DNA of 64,000 nt, from contig NC_043012.1 in assembly GCF_006345805.1 (NCBI RefSeq), positions 18,414,001-18,478,000 on the forward strand. The letters are read 5' to 3'. Source of the stretch: Octopus sinensis (Eukaryota). The translations under genes were made by a program, and so were the position numbers. Under the pieces are notes generated by a model. It searched no databases. It was not told the origin of the DNA and worked only from the letters and a program-made list of their open reading frames with translations. Of the stretch, positions 13,792 through 28,899 are shown piece by piece. Numbering within the stretch: the first letter of the stretch is position 1; every line of letters starts with the position of its first letter.

Positions 13792-14024
13792 GAGAGAGAA
13801 AGAAAGAGAGAGAGTAAGAAAGACGAAAAGCGAAGAAAAGAAAGAGATTGAGAAACAATCTCCGAATATGAAGCTGTAGAAAATACTTAGTGACGTCACA
13901 GCTTATTGGCAAATATATTTAGTTCCTCTGCATTGAAATCAATCAATATCTATCTATTTTGCGTACAGTGTATATGTTGAGTTTAACAAAAAGATGAAAT
14001 TTCAGACAGCTGCATATTTCATTG

Positions 14025-14068
<44 letters not shown>

Positions 14069-14767
14069 ATATATATATAATATATATATATATATATGTA
14101 TGTATATATATAATAATGGTTGCCAGATGAATTTTCACATAAAACTTTGAAGTCCACTGTACAAGGTAAAGTTAATAAGTATAATGCGTAAATTGAATCT
14201 TACGCCAACAAATTTATATGATTTTGTCAGTTGAAACTATCGACTGCACACGCCTTCATCTTTTGATGTTCCTCTTATGTTCAACGAATTTCTCTGAAAT
14301 ATCTCTTTCGCTTATTTCTCGCTTTCAGTTCCTCTTGCACACTCTAGCAGTCTGCATATGTTTTAGCCTTTTTCTCTCATGAAGTGCCAAAGAGAACAAT
14401 AATATTTTGCACTTCCTTTGTCATTCCAACGTTTCACAGACTGGATTCGCTTATACCTCACACACACATATACACAGACATGCGCATGCAAGTTTGTGTG
14501 CACACATCTGTATCTCTGTATGGGTGAGCATTGTGTTTATCTGGTCGCAATATGCGTCAATGGTTGATAAGTTCGGTTCGTAAACACCACATAAGGGCAT
14601 TTTCACTATACGCCACACTCCATAGATACCGGTCGACTCTTGCATTTTGAACTACATTGGACACACGTAAACTGTATACAAGATGAATGGTACTAGTCAC
14701 GCAAAATCCTCCTCGCAATGCGCAGTCACTGACATCATTCCTCTGGTGTACTTATATTCATCATTGA

Positions 14768-15108
14768 AAAAGGGAGACATTCTTCAGTCATGAATAACTA
14801 AGGGATTGCACCTAGAATGTTATCCTCCGACGCACAAGTCCGTGCAAGGTTGTCTGTGGAAGGCCAGAAGTCGCCCATGCATACCAGCCTCCCCTCTGGT
14901 GACCCCTGATATTTTCCAAGGGAAAGGCAAACATCGATACAGCTTGGCACCAGTGATATCGCAACTCATTTCTACAGCTGAGGTAACTGGAGCAACGTGA
15001 AATAGAGTGTCTTGCTCAAGAACACAACACGCAGCCCGGTCCAGGAATCGAAATCACAACCTCACGATAGTAAGCTCGACGCTCTAACCACTAAGCCATG
15101 CGCCTTCA
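14768..15108 (-). mobile_element. tRNA-derived SINE, family 3, near full length
   Basis: Minus strand TGAAGGCGCATGGCTTAGTGGTTAGAGCG (A box) and GATTTCGATTCC (B-box-like). Body matches 51343-51650 (TGTTGTGTTCTTGAGC, CACTGGTGCCAAGCTGTAT). Confidence 0.88.
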
Positions 15109-16447
15109 TCATTAATTGAATTGGATTGATTTGCGCAATTATTACCAATGCATCCATCCATATATCTATCCAACCATACAAATGCACATACAAACACAAA
15201 GATAGACATACATACATACCGACAGACTGATAGACACACACACAGAGGAAGAGGAATATAATTGAAAAAAAATATTTTCCTGTGGTGATGCTTGCGGTTT
15301 CCTTTCATGCCAATAATAATGGTATATTTTATTCAATGGGGATCTATTATATATTAAAGAAGCCTGGAAGAAGGTTTGACAGTGAAATTGATGTTACTAT
15401 GAGATCTACCGGTCATGTCCTCAGTATTTGAATTGATATTTCATGTAGAATTCCCTTTCAGAATCAAATTCTACCAATCTTATAGCTTAGATATCATAGC
15501 ACTTGTTGATATCGCGAATTGGCCAAATACGGTTAGCGAAATGTGATCTTTTACACACGGACAATAAATGGCAGTTGGATTCGGAACCGGACGCTGTGGG
15601 AATTTTGATTTCAGATATTATACTTTAAATTTGTGCTTGGACAATGAAGTGAAGCTCATTCCTTACAAGATAGAATTGCAACCATAAACTAATAGAACAA
15701 CATTTTTTTATGTGTGTGTACTCCGTTTGACTAGATCAATACGCTATTAAAATGCATAGTAAATGTCTAGAGTCAGTTGAACGGAATCAATGAAACGAAA
15801 ATTGACTTTGTTTAACTGGAATCTGAAAATGCTAAGTGACATATGAACCACCATCGTTTTAGATACCATAAGAACTCGGAAACTTGCGACTTTTATTTCC
15901 GTTTCGAAACGCAAAGACGACAGATTCTCATTTGTTATCTAATTCGAATAGGAAGTCTTATATCTTTGTAAAATATCTTTTATCACATTACATTCTTCGT
16001 ATGGGTTTGAAAAGAGTAGATATGTAAATTCTACATAATGTCTTCACGGAATTTAATATCCATAGAAAAATAAAATTACACACTATTTTCTCTTGTGTTA
16101 CTTTAACAGAAAAAAGAAAATAACATTAAAATTGATGAGATATAAAGGAAAAAATAATAGCTAAGGAAAGACAAATTTTGTTTTTTAGTTTCAAATAGCA
16201 TTGTTTTCTTTTGATTAAAAACTGCCGCTTACTGAATTATTGAAATTAATTAACATGTCTAGCTCTGTTCCCGAACTTAAACTTTTAACTACTCTATCAA
16301 ATGCAAGATGTTATAACAGGAAAAAATCAGACGGAAACAACAAAAAAATATTTTTCACACTGAAATTGGTAATAAACTGCAACAATTATAATTAGCATTG
16401 ACTTCATTACAATAGCATGCGCGCACGCACACACAAGAAAATGATGT

Positions 16448-16488
<41 letters not shown>

Positions 16489-16609
16489 ACTGAGAGGTAT
16501 AATAATGCTAAAATATGTATACTAAAGTTACCCGATTTAAAATAAAAATAAACTTTTAAATGAAGCGACTTTCAGTTTTCCATTATTTTGACACATGAAG
16601 AAATTTGCT

Positions 16610-17100
16610 GTATTGGCAGAAGTATTATAGCTTCCGACAAAATACCTTGTAGTATTTGTTCTGCCAATCTACGTTCTGATTCCAAAACCCACCGACGAAA
16701 CATTTGTGTTCGGACGCTGCACAGCTTATAACATAATATATATATATATAGATACTTAAAATACTCCATCTGAGTTATATTCCACTGACATGCAAAGTGC
16801 ACTGAAAAACCTTCCTTGAGAGGCCCACGTTTCAGTCTTCGCAACACTCATTCTCTACCTGACTTACACAATTCGGCAAAGAACCCATTCAGTGTATGCT
16901 GCTGGATATCATCTTCTGATGAGCAAAGAAGCACCATGTCGTCCGCAAATATGAAACAAACCAATGTGGTATCCACCGACTGTGATACCACTTCTAAATT
17001 AATTGCGTACGTCAACCCAGTTCACAAAAATTACGAAAAGGATAGGTGGCAATACGCACTCCAGCCGATGTCCGGCATTCATTTTGAAAGGTTTCATTTA
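16610..17100 (-). mobile_element. RTE-clade LINE reverse transcriptase fragment
   Basis: Minus-strand translation gives KPFKMNAGHRLECVLPPILF (GLRQGCVLSP-like), FADDMVLL (FADD at 16938-16949) and QMEYFKYL. Contains stops and frameshifts. Confidence 0.85.
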
Positions 17101-19089
17101 ACCACACACAAAAGTTTGGACATTCGTATATGGCCTTTACGATATTTCTAGTTTGATTCTTGCTTTGTAAATCTAATTTCATCACTACACCCCATTATTC
17201 AAATAAATTTGGGAATGTAAATGAATTTCTTTTTGTATTCTTTGAAGAGAAAAATTTACAATGGTTTCGCCTTTTTTTAGAATATCTCCAAATATTATGA
17301 CAAGTGAATATTCAAAGAGTTACTTGAACTAGTAAAAATTAGCAAACCTGTATTCCTCACATCATAAGTTATTGTATTAAAAAGGAATTCAAACATTACA
17401 CAACGTGTACCGAGATGAATTATATATGTAAAACGAACGCAAAATAAAACAAGACGATTTTGTTATAAACAGATCGATCTTACTCATCGTTCATTTCCAT
17501 CCAAGAATTCCCTGAAGCGAAACTATAACAGAAACTTACTTTCTTTACACTGCACAGGAAATATCTCAGATCAAACATGTAAAATATCTGATACATTGTG
17601 TCCTGCACTCAAAATGATCTAGCTTTACACGAAAGATAATATCGTATTAATTGTGGCAGAATTTATTCATCTTTATGAAAATAAATTTTTTCTTCTTGTA
17701 CCGTTTTGATAATCTGATGGAAACGTTTAAGGTCAATTTAATTAATTTCAGTTGGGCCATATAAGGTAATCGTCTTTCTCTTATTGAGTTTTAACATAAA
17801 CTTCTAAAATTTATAGGTGTTTTTTTTTCAAATAAACAGTGCAGTTAATAGTTTAGTATTTTCATATAAATTAAAGGAAGTCAGATAATCCGTCATCCAT
17901 CTTTATGTTGTATTGTGATGCACTCATTGATGGGAAATTGTTTCTATCGAAAATCGAAAAATAGCAGTTGAGATCAGAGTATAATTAAAACTAATGATAT
18001 TGATTGATCCGATTAGCAAACAGTAAACGAGAGCGGACATTTAGTCAATGAATTGAAAAACGTGGTTGCTATATTTATAAAATTAACATTGTGGGGCAGA
18101 GAAAAATTCTAGGTGAAATGTTAATTGAAATCATGTAAAGAAAATACTTTAGTATTTTGTCCTTTTCCGAGTAACTTCCAAGTGTGGCAACTGCACTGAA
18201 ATAGCTCTAATTGATGATTCGCAATATCATAACCTATGGTTGAAATTTGAGATTTGTTTCAAGTTATGAATAAAAGTGACCTAATTAATTATTGTAAAAA
18301 TGATATAATTATATAGTGGCAACGCTCCTAATACGGATTTGATACATGCACTCATTTGGCAAATTTTTCGCTGATCGAATCCAAGTAAGAAAGAAAAAAT
18401 GAACGAAACAGACGTTGTTTGTTTTTGAGCTAAAAATATAAATTCTCTCAATTTTACTCTCATTTTTTTCTATAGTTACGTTATAGAAATATTACAAACA
18501 AAATAGACGGAAATATCATGGAAAAAATTCCATTGTTTACAGAGTATTTCAATGTGTGGTGAGATAGAGCTAATTATGAGCGTCATCAACATAACATTAC
18601 AACCGAGATTTTATAGATTGAATTACTTCAGTTCAAAACGTGCCGTATTTGTTCCTATAGGAAAGAGAGCAAAATCTGTATTGTGAAATTGGGCTCTCTA
18701 CTCTGATACACTAGATAATGCAGAGAATATTTAATTACATATATGTGTATAATAATATACTATTCTCTTATGGGTGAATGGCATAAAGACGGCTTTCAAA
18801 GTTTGTATGAATATCATTGGAATAAAAAGTAAACTAAATCTAATGTAGCGGACGACTTTTGCTATGGAATACCATTTCTCAACACTGCGTTTCTATTATG
18901 GAGGTTTTGCCCTTTCCTTTCAGTTTTTGATGGATTACCTGTCAAAGACTTAAATACTAATTACGTAATTAAATGTGACACTTTCCCATTCACACAAATG
19001 ATAATTTTTATCCTTCCCATATTTCCATTAAGCATCGAAGCAATTAAAATATACACACTGTAGCTCACGTGCAGACACACACGACCTTA

Positions 19090-19129
<40 letters not shown>

Positions 19130-22100
19130 GAGTGCGGGTGGGAAGCAAAACACAATTAGGGAAAGCAACATAATTTGAGACTAATTCTAATTAAAGAGTT
19201 ATATTCAGTAAAGAAATTTGAATCGTAGACCACAATTCGAAAATGTGATGCCATATTGTGGATTGTTATATATTACATAACATTTTGTGCAACACAAATA
19301 TATTTGTCTGTGACAATATATACCGCCTATGAGTAAATATCACGAGGGGAAATATTTTCATTTAATTTGATGTAAACAAAACTTTTAAATACAAAACGAA
19401 TAATATCAACCGAAAATTGAGATCCCCCAATGATATTTTTGCCTAAACCAATTATAGAAACACATTCATCAAATTCTCTAATTTATAGTGTCAAGACTGA
19501 TATGAAATTTTATAGAGACACAGCAGTTAATCTTGATTTAAAACTTCTTCTTTAGTCTATCTATCTCTTCCTTTCTCTTTATACATTTATACACATATAC
19601 AAACATGCTCTTTATAAACATACCCACGCGCACACGTTAAAGCATATATATAGGCCTTGTATTACATGTGTGTCCGTGCGTTTTTATTTCAATAAATGAT
19701 GCCATGTATGTATGAAATATGTATATAATACAACATATATACAATCATGTAATTCGGAGCAAAACAAAACCGGTTGCCTAATAATTTACACAACAAATTA
19801 TAGCGGTATATATCAAACTGCAGTCAGTATTTCGTGACATAAAAATTATATAAATTTTCCTTTATATTCTTGGTGTCAGGAATAGGTTCATAGATAGTGT
19901 AGAGTCGAAATCCAACTGAGATAATTAAGTATTTAGACAAATTTTATACTTGCACAGATATAAGCTCGCACACATATACATACACCTTGTGCACAAACAT
20001 ACATATTTGTATGTATGTGCGCTCAAAGTTAATTTATTGCTAAAGCAAATCGGCCGGCCCGTTAAACATCACATCCTGACTATTGACTTCATTTGGTGGA
20101 ATCAATTTTCCGGCTATTCGTTCCAAGCAATCTTACGATTAGACTCACAGTCACTTAACATACCTTCAGAGATGATAATCCTCTATTGGCTATCACATTA
20201 AATAAACACGCATAGGCACGTTAACAAAATGTCGCTGACACACCAATATATTTAAACGCAGAACCAAACACACATACATCATTAGAATTTTACATGTATT
20301 TTACTGTTCGCAGGTCAGCGTCCATGCAAGAACGCCGTCAATCAGCAGTGTAGTCGATCATATCTCATATCGGTTTCTATTCATAACTTTGATACGCTTT
20401 TATCGATCTCTATTTGTCAAACCGTCTGGTTACAGGATATAAAAATAAAATACATGCAGAGTACTAGACTTTTTAGGCAGTAACTATAAAGAGAGTGGGG
20501 ACTCCAGATATATGAACAAACGCATACATACACATATGCGTATATTATATGCACGCGCACGTGCGTGTAGCTAAATACAGATTTAGTTATAATTAAATGT
20601 CTGTGTGTATGTGTAGGTGGTTTGCGAGGCCGTGCCTGTCTGTGTATTCGCATTCGCCCCCAGTGTAACTGATGGATTTGTAGATATGATTACTATTGTA
20701 TTGCACGTTCGACGTATGATATAACGGGATGATAATAACGCCCTCACGAATCGTTCCACTCGTGATACTGGTAACAACCATCGAAAATACTCAACTTTCG
20801 TTTTTACTCTACTGAAGGCACTCTGCGTATATCCATTTATATTGTGGTACAGTCCATTGGGAGCCAACCAATAGGGGTACTCTACTTCCACACAACAACT
20901 TCATGTATTAATAAGATAAGAAAACAAGAAAAATATAGGTATACATCGAACCTATTTGCATCATTGGAAATGATCGTCACATTCAACGTGATTTTTGTCT
21001 CGAAAATAAACATTGAATATTCCAGGCGTCACCATCATTTTCTCAGCTCCAATGATTTTAGTAACAGATTTTTCAACATTTTAAAGACGAGTTTTGCTAT
21101 TGAGCGGTTTGCACAGAAACTTTCTTTTGAATGAAAAAAATTGTGGTAGAGAGGACATAAACCTTTATTTCGAAATGGGTAGCTCGAAGTGTATGATAGT
21201 GTGACACGTGTTGCAGGGCTTCTAACTGTCCAAAGAATTGATTTTGATTATGAGATCCATCATCGACCATTTTTCTTTGACGGGTTTTCTCTAATAATAC
21301 CATCTAAGCCGAATCTAGTCATAAACTACAATAAAAACACAAAAAATAAAAAGAGTTCAATTTCATGCAAAAGTCATCCTGAAATCACGCTTGAGATTTC
21401 CGGACAGCTTTCCACCTGCTTTCTCTCAAAATCTATAGAATACAAATTCCTTTGTAGTACTCATCTGGAATTTTGCAAGGTAAAATCCACCTGTTGTACG
21501 TGTTCCTAGAAATACTCAAACCCTCCGCCGTTTGCCTGGTCTTCGCTTTGGGCTAACTGGAAATTTAAACAACCATCTGTGCAGACAAATTTTGTGAGGT
21601 TGATGATCTGGTGGGATTATTGAGTTTGAATTTTAACGTAATGCTGTGCATTAGATTTCAAAAGGTATTTAACTAAATATCAAAAATGCTGTATATATAT
21701 TTAATATAAATAACAATACAGATGATAAATTCAAAACACCAGGTGATAATATATGGATGAAAACGAAAGTTCACTTATGATGAAAACATCCACATAGCAT
21801 AAAACGAATACATCGTCAATAATGTGATGGTAGCCTTAATCAAGTGTTTGAGGATGTTAATGCCGTTTACAATGAGAAGGAAATATCGAAATCATGTTCT
21901 TTCCCTGTTAACATTAGTAGTTTATAAATTAATTAGATTCTTGAGAAAATGTGTGAAATTGAGGTGAAAATATCCTAAAAGCTGTTATCGAATTAAACGG
22001 CAGCATTCCTTACAACTCGACGATATTCTAGAACATTATGCCCTATCGATTATGATATTAAAATATCTTCATAACACTTCGGTTTCATATCAAAAGAATG

Positions 22101-22599
22101 CCATCCAACGGATGAAGAAAACATTTTGAAGAATAGAACAAGCAAGATGAAAAATAACAATAATAATTGCTTACGAATTATCTCTGCCGCTTAAACGAGG
22201 TGAAATAAAAAGAAATGGTTTGTGTTTCAGATAACGAAACTGGCATAAACACGTAGTAAGTGATGAATCATAAATTCCTATAGTGTTTTTAGAATTTACA
22301 TTAAAGGAAAATCTAATATATTTAAGTTTCTACGCTACAGAAAGTAGACATTATAGCGTTAATTAAATCAAGTACCATCGTTTGGAATGTAGGGAGACAC
22401 ATAAAGGTACGATAAAATCGTGTGAGAGGTATACTGTAAGGACAGTCATTTAAGGGGGCTGCATCACTAATTATGACAATGTCGAATGCACACGATAGAA
22501 AAGAAATATATCAAACACCCATTTCTGCATGCATAGACTTCACGCATGCATGGACTCATATGTGTATGTATGTATATATGTAAATACACACACACAGAC

Positions 22600-22602
22600 A
22601 TA

Positions 22603-22686
<84 letters not shown>

Positions 22687-22701
22687 TATATATGTATATA
22701 T

Positions 22702-22745
<44 letters not shown>

Positions 22746-22753
22746 TATGTATA

Positions 22754-22819
<66 letters not shown>

Positions 22820-22858
22820 CTGTGTGTGTGTGTATATATATATGTATGAATATAAATA

Positions 22859-22897
<39 letters not shown>

Positions 22898-22898
22898 A

Positions 22899-22960
<62 letters not shown>
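22600..22960. repeat. Largest compound microsatellite: (CT)n(TA)n(TG)n(AG)n
   Basis: Directly visible. It explains ORFs 22529-23018. Similar arrays occur near 3353, 3775, 7442, 9618, 11427, 13587, 14035, 24415, 33325 and 37555. Confidence 0.97.
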
Positions 22961-22965
<5 letters not shown>

Positions 22966-23195
22966 TTTTATTGAAAGGAAGATCGAATTACTTTGTTTCT
23001 TTTTTACCTATCACTTAACCCATACGCTTTAGTGATGAACTATCGTATGCTCAGTCAAAACTTTTACAGACTGTCCAACAACAGATGTGAAACTATTAAG
23101 CGAAATGGAAAGTGATTTTATATTTGTTTTCAAACCACCGTATTAAGATTTATTAGAACTTTACCAACGTACTGAAACAATAACACTATATATAA

Positions 23196-23710
23196 TAGTT
23201 GAATAGCCCGTCGTTGTCGGGCAATGTTTCCAACAGAACATGCCTTCTCCGATAGATAGGCTTCTTGATCACGACATATTTCTGCAAATATTTGCAAAAA
23301 CAATTTCCATGAAGATCTTTTATTTTTAAAATTCTTTACAGGTTTGTTCGACCGTTTCCCATGACTTTATTCATTAAAACTTATTATAAATCAGTTCTTA
23401 CAACTGTGGTCGTCGAAAGGCTTTGCTTTTCCTTGTTTAATAATAATTCCTCATCGGAACGATTTTGCTTTCATTCTCTGAATGACAGCTATCATGCAGT
23501 ACAATCCAACTTTAAATCCTGTTTCTGATTAGGTAAAACTGATTAAACTTTAAACTCCAGTATGAGGGAAGGGGAGGAGACAGGAAGGCGTAGACAGCGA
23601 ATATAAGGGAGAGACAGAGAGAACGAGAGGCAAGGACAGAGCGGGAGATTGAGAATGTGTTTAGTGAAGGGAAGATCCAATTTTGATTCTGTGTTCTTTA
23701 ATGTTTACCT
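23196..23710 (-). mobile_element. Non-autonomous Helitron-like element, 3' end at left
   Basis: Terminal hairpin GCCCG-ACAACGA-CGGGC (23206-23222) close to a CTA end, similar to the motif at 35173-35197. Body is the reverse complement of 26810-27150. Confidence 0.55.
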
Positions 23711-23711
23711 A

Positions 23712-24150
23712 TCCCTTAAAGCACGTCTCCCACCTCACAACTTGCACCTCAAAATTGGCACACCAGTGATGTTTTTAAGAAACCTAGACTCACCCAAGCT
23801 TTGCAATGGCACACGACTTAAAATAAGCAGGCAGATGCCAAAAGTCTTAGAGGCGACTATTCTCACTGGTAAAGCAAGTGGTGAGGTTGTCTTCATACCA
23901 CGAATTCAGCTGATCCCTACTGACATAACATTTGAGTTCAAGCGATCGTAATTTCCCCTGAAACTAAATTTTGCAATGACCATAAACAAGGCTCAGGGAC
24001 AGTCCCTGGGTTTAGAGGCCTAAACCTTGTAGAACCCGCTTCTTCCCAAAAGTTTCTTTGATGCTCAAGAGGAGGCAATCCAAATCATGTGTTTATGCTC
24101 CAGAGAGGACAAGACCAAAAATGTATTATTTCACGAGGCTCTGCAAAAGT
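23712..24150 (+). mobile_element. Helitron PIF1-like helicase C-terminal fragment (pseudogenised)
   Basis: LPPHNLHLKIGTPVMFLRNLDSPKLCNGTRL...[38 protein letters not shown]...TKNVLFHEAL. Confidence 0.92.
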
Positions 24151-24411
24151 CTTAACAATCAACCATCGATCAATTATTACATAGTTGTACACTGTTAATC
24201 CTCTCATCCTTCCAACCGTCCACCAATTCAACTTTGATATTGCCTTACCATAAATATCAATCACGGGAGAGGACATGAAACAGTGTAATGGGAGCAGGAA
24301 AAGAAACAGCTTCTGCTTTCCTGAGTAATTCAGTTAGTTATATAATCACTCTTACAACTCAATTGCAACACATATAAGTGAGCTATATATGCATAGACAA
24401 ATATGTATACA

Positions 24412-24471
<60 letters not shown>

Positions 24472-24574
24472 TCTGTTTGTCAACACATGTGGCTATGCAT
24501 ACACACACACGCACACGTGTATACTTTCACACGCATATATGGTTTTATATATGTATGTAAAATGAGGTGAGGGT

Positions 24575-24802
24575 CTCTCTTTACTCTTTACTCTTTTACT
24601 TGTTTCAGTCATTTGACTGTAGCCATGCTGGATCACCGCCTTTAATCGAGCAACTCGACCGCGGGACTTATTCTTTTGTAAGCCCAGTACTTATTCTATC
24701 GTTCTCTTTTTCCGAACTGCTAAGTAACGGGGAAATAATCACACCAGCATCGGTTGTCAAGGAATGCTAGTGGGACAAACACAGACACACAAACACACAC
24801 AC

Positions 24803-24867
<65 letters not shown>

Positions 24868-25027
24868 TATATACGACGGGCTTCTTTCAGTTTCCGTCTA
24901 CCAAATCCACTCACAAGGCTTTGGACGGGCCGAGGCTATAGTAGAAGACACTTGCTCAAGGTGCCACGCAGTGGGACTGAACCCTGAACCATGTGGTTGG
25001 TAAACAAGCTACTTACCACACAGCCAC
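24575..25027 (-). mobile_element. tRNA-derived SINE, family 1
   Basis: A box TGGCTGTGTGG and B box GGTTCAGTCCC on the minus strand, internal (TA)n, and a (AGAGTAA)-like tandem tail. Confidence 0.92.
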
Positions 25028-26809
25028 GTCTCTGTATATGTATGTACGTATAAGTGTGGATACTTGGCTGTGTGCGTGCGTGTTGTTGCTGAAAGTCTAC
25101 AGTTCCCTGAATGGTACGTCTGTGTATATACATGTATACAAGAACAGATGTTGCGTACTATGCAATCACAAGGTACATTCAAAACTCAACCTTTACTCAA
25201 ATTGAAACACACATACGAACACACCTTCCTACATACATACACATCTACGTGCGCTCAGAAATGTTTTAATCATATACACAACCGCTTATGTGAGCGAAAG
25301 TGTATGCAATATATATCACAGAAAAAAACAACAAATAAGCTACAAAAAACAAGAACCCGAACAAGAACTATAAAATAATAGAAAAGAATAATAGAAGCTT
25401 CGAGAATGAACTTAGGTAAAATCCTGGTAAACCATAAAACTTGATTTTCTCAGTGCTATAAGAATACCTAGTAAACTTAATTCGTATGTGATACACTTGC
25501 TTTGTAGCTGCGAGGGAAATTTACAGATTAACGTTCAGATAATTTAATTAAAAAAATCACGTTTCATTCTCAGAAAAACATTAATATCTGCAGCATAAAA
25601 ATCATTATTGAAAAGAATCATCTATTAGAATTGTTTTCTTGCCGATACCTAAGCGTCTCATAGCTAAAGTTATTTATCTAAATACCTAAACTTTCAATCT
25701 TAATGGAGTGTTTTTAGGAGCAGAGTAAAGCAGATAATAGCGGCACGTATTTTGAGATTTTTCCTTTAATTTTTGGCTTTGATTTCAGAAAACTATCAAC
25801 ATCAGTTATTTTAACCCTTACCGAACCAGAAAATATTGTTTGTGAGGGAATAAAGAAAATTACATCACTGAGATTTATAGCTTTTTAAAAGTGAAATATT
25901 TCGAATATAGTTTAGAGAAATGCCATAAATTTTAATATAGTATGGTTGTATTCTAAGTAGTTAGAAATATCTGTCATTTAAGAGGAATAAATTGTTTATT
26001 GTGCCATAGGATCGTTGCTAGGAATGATAGGTTACTATATTTCATTGTATTGTCCCCATAAGACCAGCTTTTTCCTGGTTTATTGAGCCTTTTAAATTGT
26101 TATTCATCGCACATATTTTAGTTCATATAAATAAGTGAGTTTCCTAGCAAGAAAGCAACTACGCTGTAATTTTTTTCCCTTTTTGTAACGGCAACATCAA
26201 TCCAACAACCAATATATAATGATGTGTGTAGTAGAGCAAAATTTACGCTTTCCGCATAACTTTTAATCATTTCCAGCCTTGTCACAGTGACTACAAGATA
26301 TTTCAGCCATATATTCCTGGGGCAATCAGTAAAGTATTTGAAAACCGACCTGCTGAAACTGTTTTGTCTAAATTTATGACATTTCCATTTATGTTACTGT
26401 ATTCATCACACGGTACACACCAAAGGTTTTCAAATATCCTCCTTCATTCTCGCATGCTAAAAGTTGACAAATAAAAAATTTATAAAAAAGAGTAACAACC
26501 AGTAAAACAAGAAGAGAATAAAAGAAATGTTCGCACCAGAACCGTCACAGTTATTGCTTTAGAGCAAGCTAATAACAATGATGTATAAGTTCTGAAATTT
26601 AACGCTTAAGTGGTATGGATGCAAGTGAATTAATACTAACACAGCGGTGGGCATGTACCAGGAGCGAGGAAATGTGGAAAACAGCTGAAATATCTTTGTA
26701 TCTTTGCTGTTATGAACTGGGACACCACATTGATTTCTTTTTTATTTTTGAAAATTGAATCGACTCCAGCACGTTATAAGAAAATAGAAATAAAGAAATA
26801 ATATCTTCT

Positions 26810-26831
26810 GCTCTGTTCCTGTCTCCCCCCC

Positions 26832-26862
<31 letters not shown>

Positions 26863-27150
26863 ATTCCCTGTTTCTCTGGCTCTTCCTATCTCTTCCCCTT
26901 CTCTGATACTGGCGTTTAAACTTTAATGAATTTTACCTTATCTGGAAACAGGATTTGGAAGCTGGCATTTCCTGCATGATAGCTGTCTATCACAAAATGA
27001 AAGCAAAATCATTCCGATGAGGAATCATTATTAAACAAAGAAAAGAAAAGCATTACGGCTACCAAAGTTGTAAGAACATCTGAAGTTTTCATAAGCTTTA
27101 ACGAATAAAGTCATGGGAAACGGTCGACGAAACACGAATTTTAAAAAAGT
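26810..27150 (+). mobile_element. Second copy of the non-autonomous Helitron-like family, 3'-truncated
   Basis: 25-bp exact match GAATAAAGTCATGGGAAACGGTCGA (27103-27127 against the reverse complement of 23348-23372), plus collinear similarity over about 300 bp. Confidence 0.7.
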
Positions 27151-28649
27151 ATTGACACGCACGCACATACGCACACACACACACACACGCACGCACACAC
27201 ACATACACACATGATGCTGTCCACAATTCTATCGTCGCACAATTTCATCCACATGACATCAGTTGAACCGCGTCTAGAATACAAGACACCCAAATTGCCA
27301 AAGCAATATGTCTGAATCTGAGACTAAATACTTCCAAGATGAGTTTCTTAAACATACAGTCATCCTTTCGCCGAAATGGGGTTTTCATTGACAGATCTCG
27401 ACAATGCTAAGACATTAATTTGGTTCTGTACATTATCAAATGAATTCAAAGCCTGCCATTGTGCAATAATTAGGATATGTTAACTATTTGAAACTAAATA
27501 CATATCGTTCAGTGAATTCACGTTTCCATTGAATCTAGTGAATAACTACATATGATCTATAAGGGAAATGCATATTTGATACGTATTTACACCAATACAC
27601 CACAGCTATCAATATCAAATTTTAATATTCAAATTTCGGAAGATCAGCTAATGAAGGATTTTAATTCAGAATAGTGAAAAACAAAAATGAAGAAAGAAAA
27701 GATGCTATTTTTTTAACAAAAAAAAAATGTTTCTGGCACCTTCGTTAGTTTACGAAGCTAATAATATGCACCTAACGTTAAAAAAGCTAAAAGGGGAAAG
27801 TGATTACCATAAAACAATTACTTCCCACAAAGCATGTTGATATTTAGAAAACTTAAACAATTTTAGCATATTTGTTTTAAATTTAGAAACCTTGCAATTA
27901 GCTCTAAATTCATTATTAAATTTTCTAATACTAATTAAACCCCCACAGCCCTAGTAAACACTAAGGTGTTTCTACTCTTCGAAAACATGAAGGTAAAATA
28001 TTGTAGTAGGTACGTCGTTCGATTTTACTGCGGGACGCGTTTGTTTCATTTTCTGTGCACCTAAAACCATTGATGCATGAAGAATTATATCAATGAACGA
28101 ACTGTAAGACACTAAATATATACTGATGACATGGTTTCACGTATTTGGAAATATTGGATTGAACAAAAATATCCATGAAGTCAATAAAGAAAACCTCTGA
28201 CAGACGAGAAGAGATAACTCTGTGAATTACAACAAATTGGATTTCTTGAAAACTTTTAGCAACACTATGCTTCCAATTTTGGTCATATTACGCGGTAAAT
28301 TTCGCACGAATATTCTAGATGTGCTTAGGTTCATGAAGGTTTTTTTTTAGTGTACTGACGTTTACGGAATACATACGAAGATTTGTAACGCGCGCGAACA
28401 TACACTTGCGCACACAAACATGCACAAAATCTAGACGTATATATGAATCTTGTCCAACAGTCTCTGTACGTCTGAGAGTGCTCCTACTCTACCCTTCCGC
28501 CATTAAGTAGATTACTCAGCCATCATGAGTAAAATTGATAGAAATACAAGTTTCCAGTTGTTCTCTTCAAGAAGCTGGGATTTGAAGACAGAATATAGAG
28601 AACCGGAATTTAGAACGTAAAATATTAATGCGACCATATTAACTGCATA

Positions 28650-28760
28650 GCAACGTGAAGTGAAGCGTTACGCTGAACATTACAACTCACCGCCCGGTCT
28701 GGGAATCGAACCCACGATCTAGCGGTCACGAGTGTAATACACTAACTGCTAAGCCATATC
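28650..28760 (-). mobile_element. tRNA-derived SINE head fragment (family 3-like)
   Basis: Minus strand ATGGCTTAGCAGTTAG...GGGTTCGATTCCCAGACCGGGCG, with a clear B box. Confidence 0.65.
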
Positions 28761-28899
28761 AATTACGACTTATTAAGACTGAAATAAAGAACTTAAAACT
28801 TTAGCGCTAACACATTCACGCGGAGACAGACACAGGCTCACACATCCACATGCTCATATATTAGTATCCTCACACCTTCAAATCCTCGTTCCTTACTGA

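Noticed and set aside
25811-25830. TTAACCCTT piggyBac-like end
   Set aside because: No matching opposite terminus was found.
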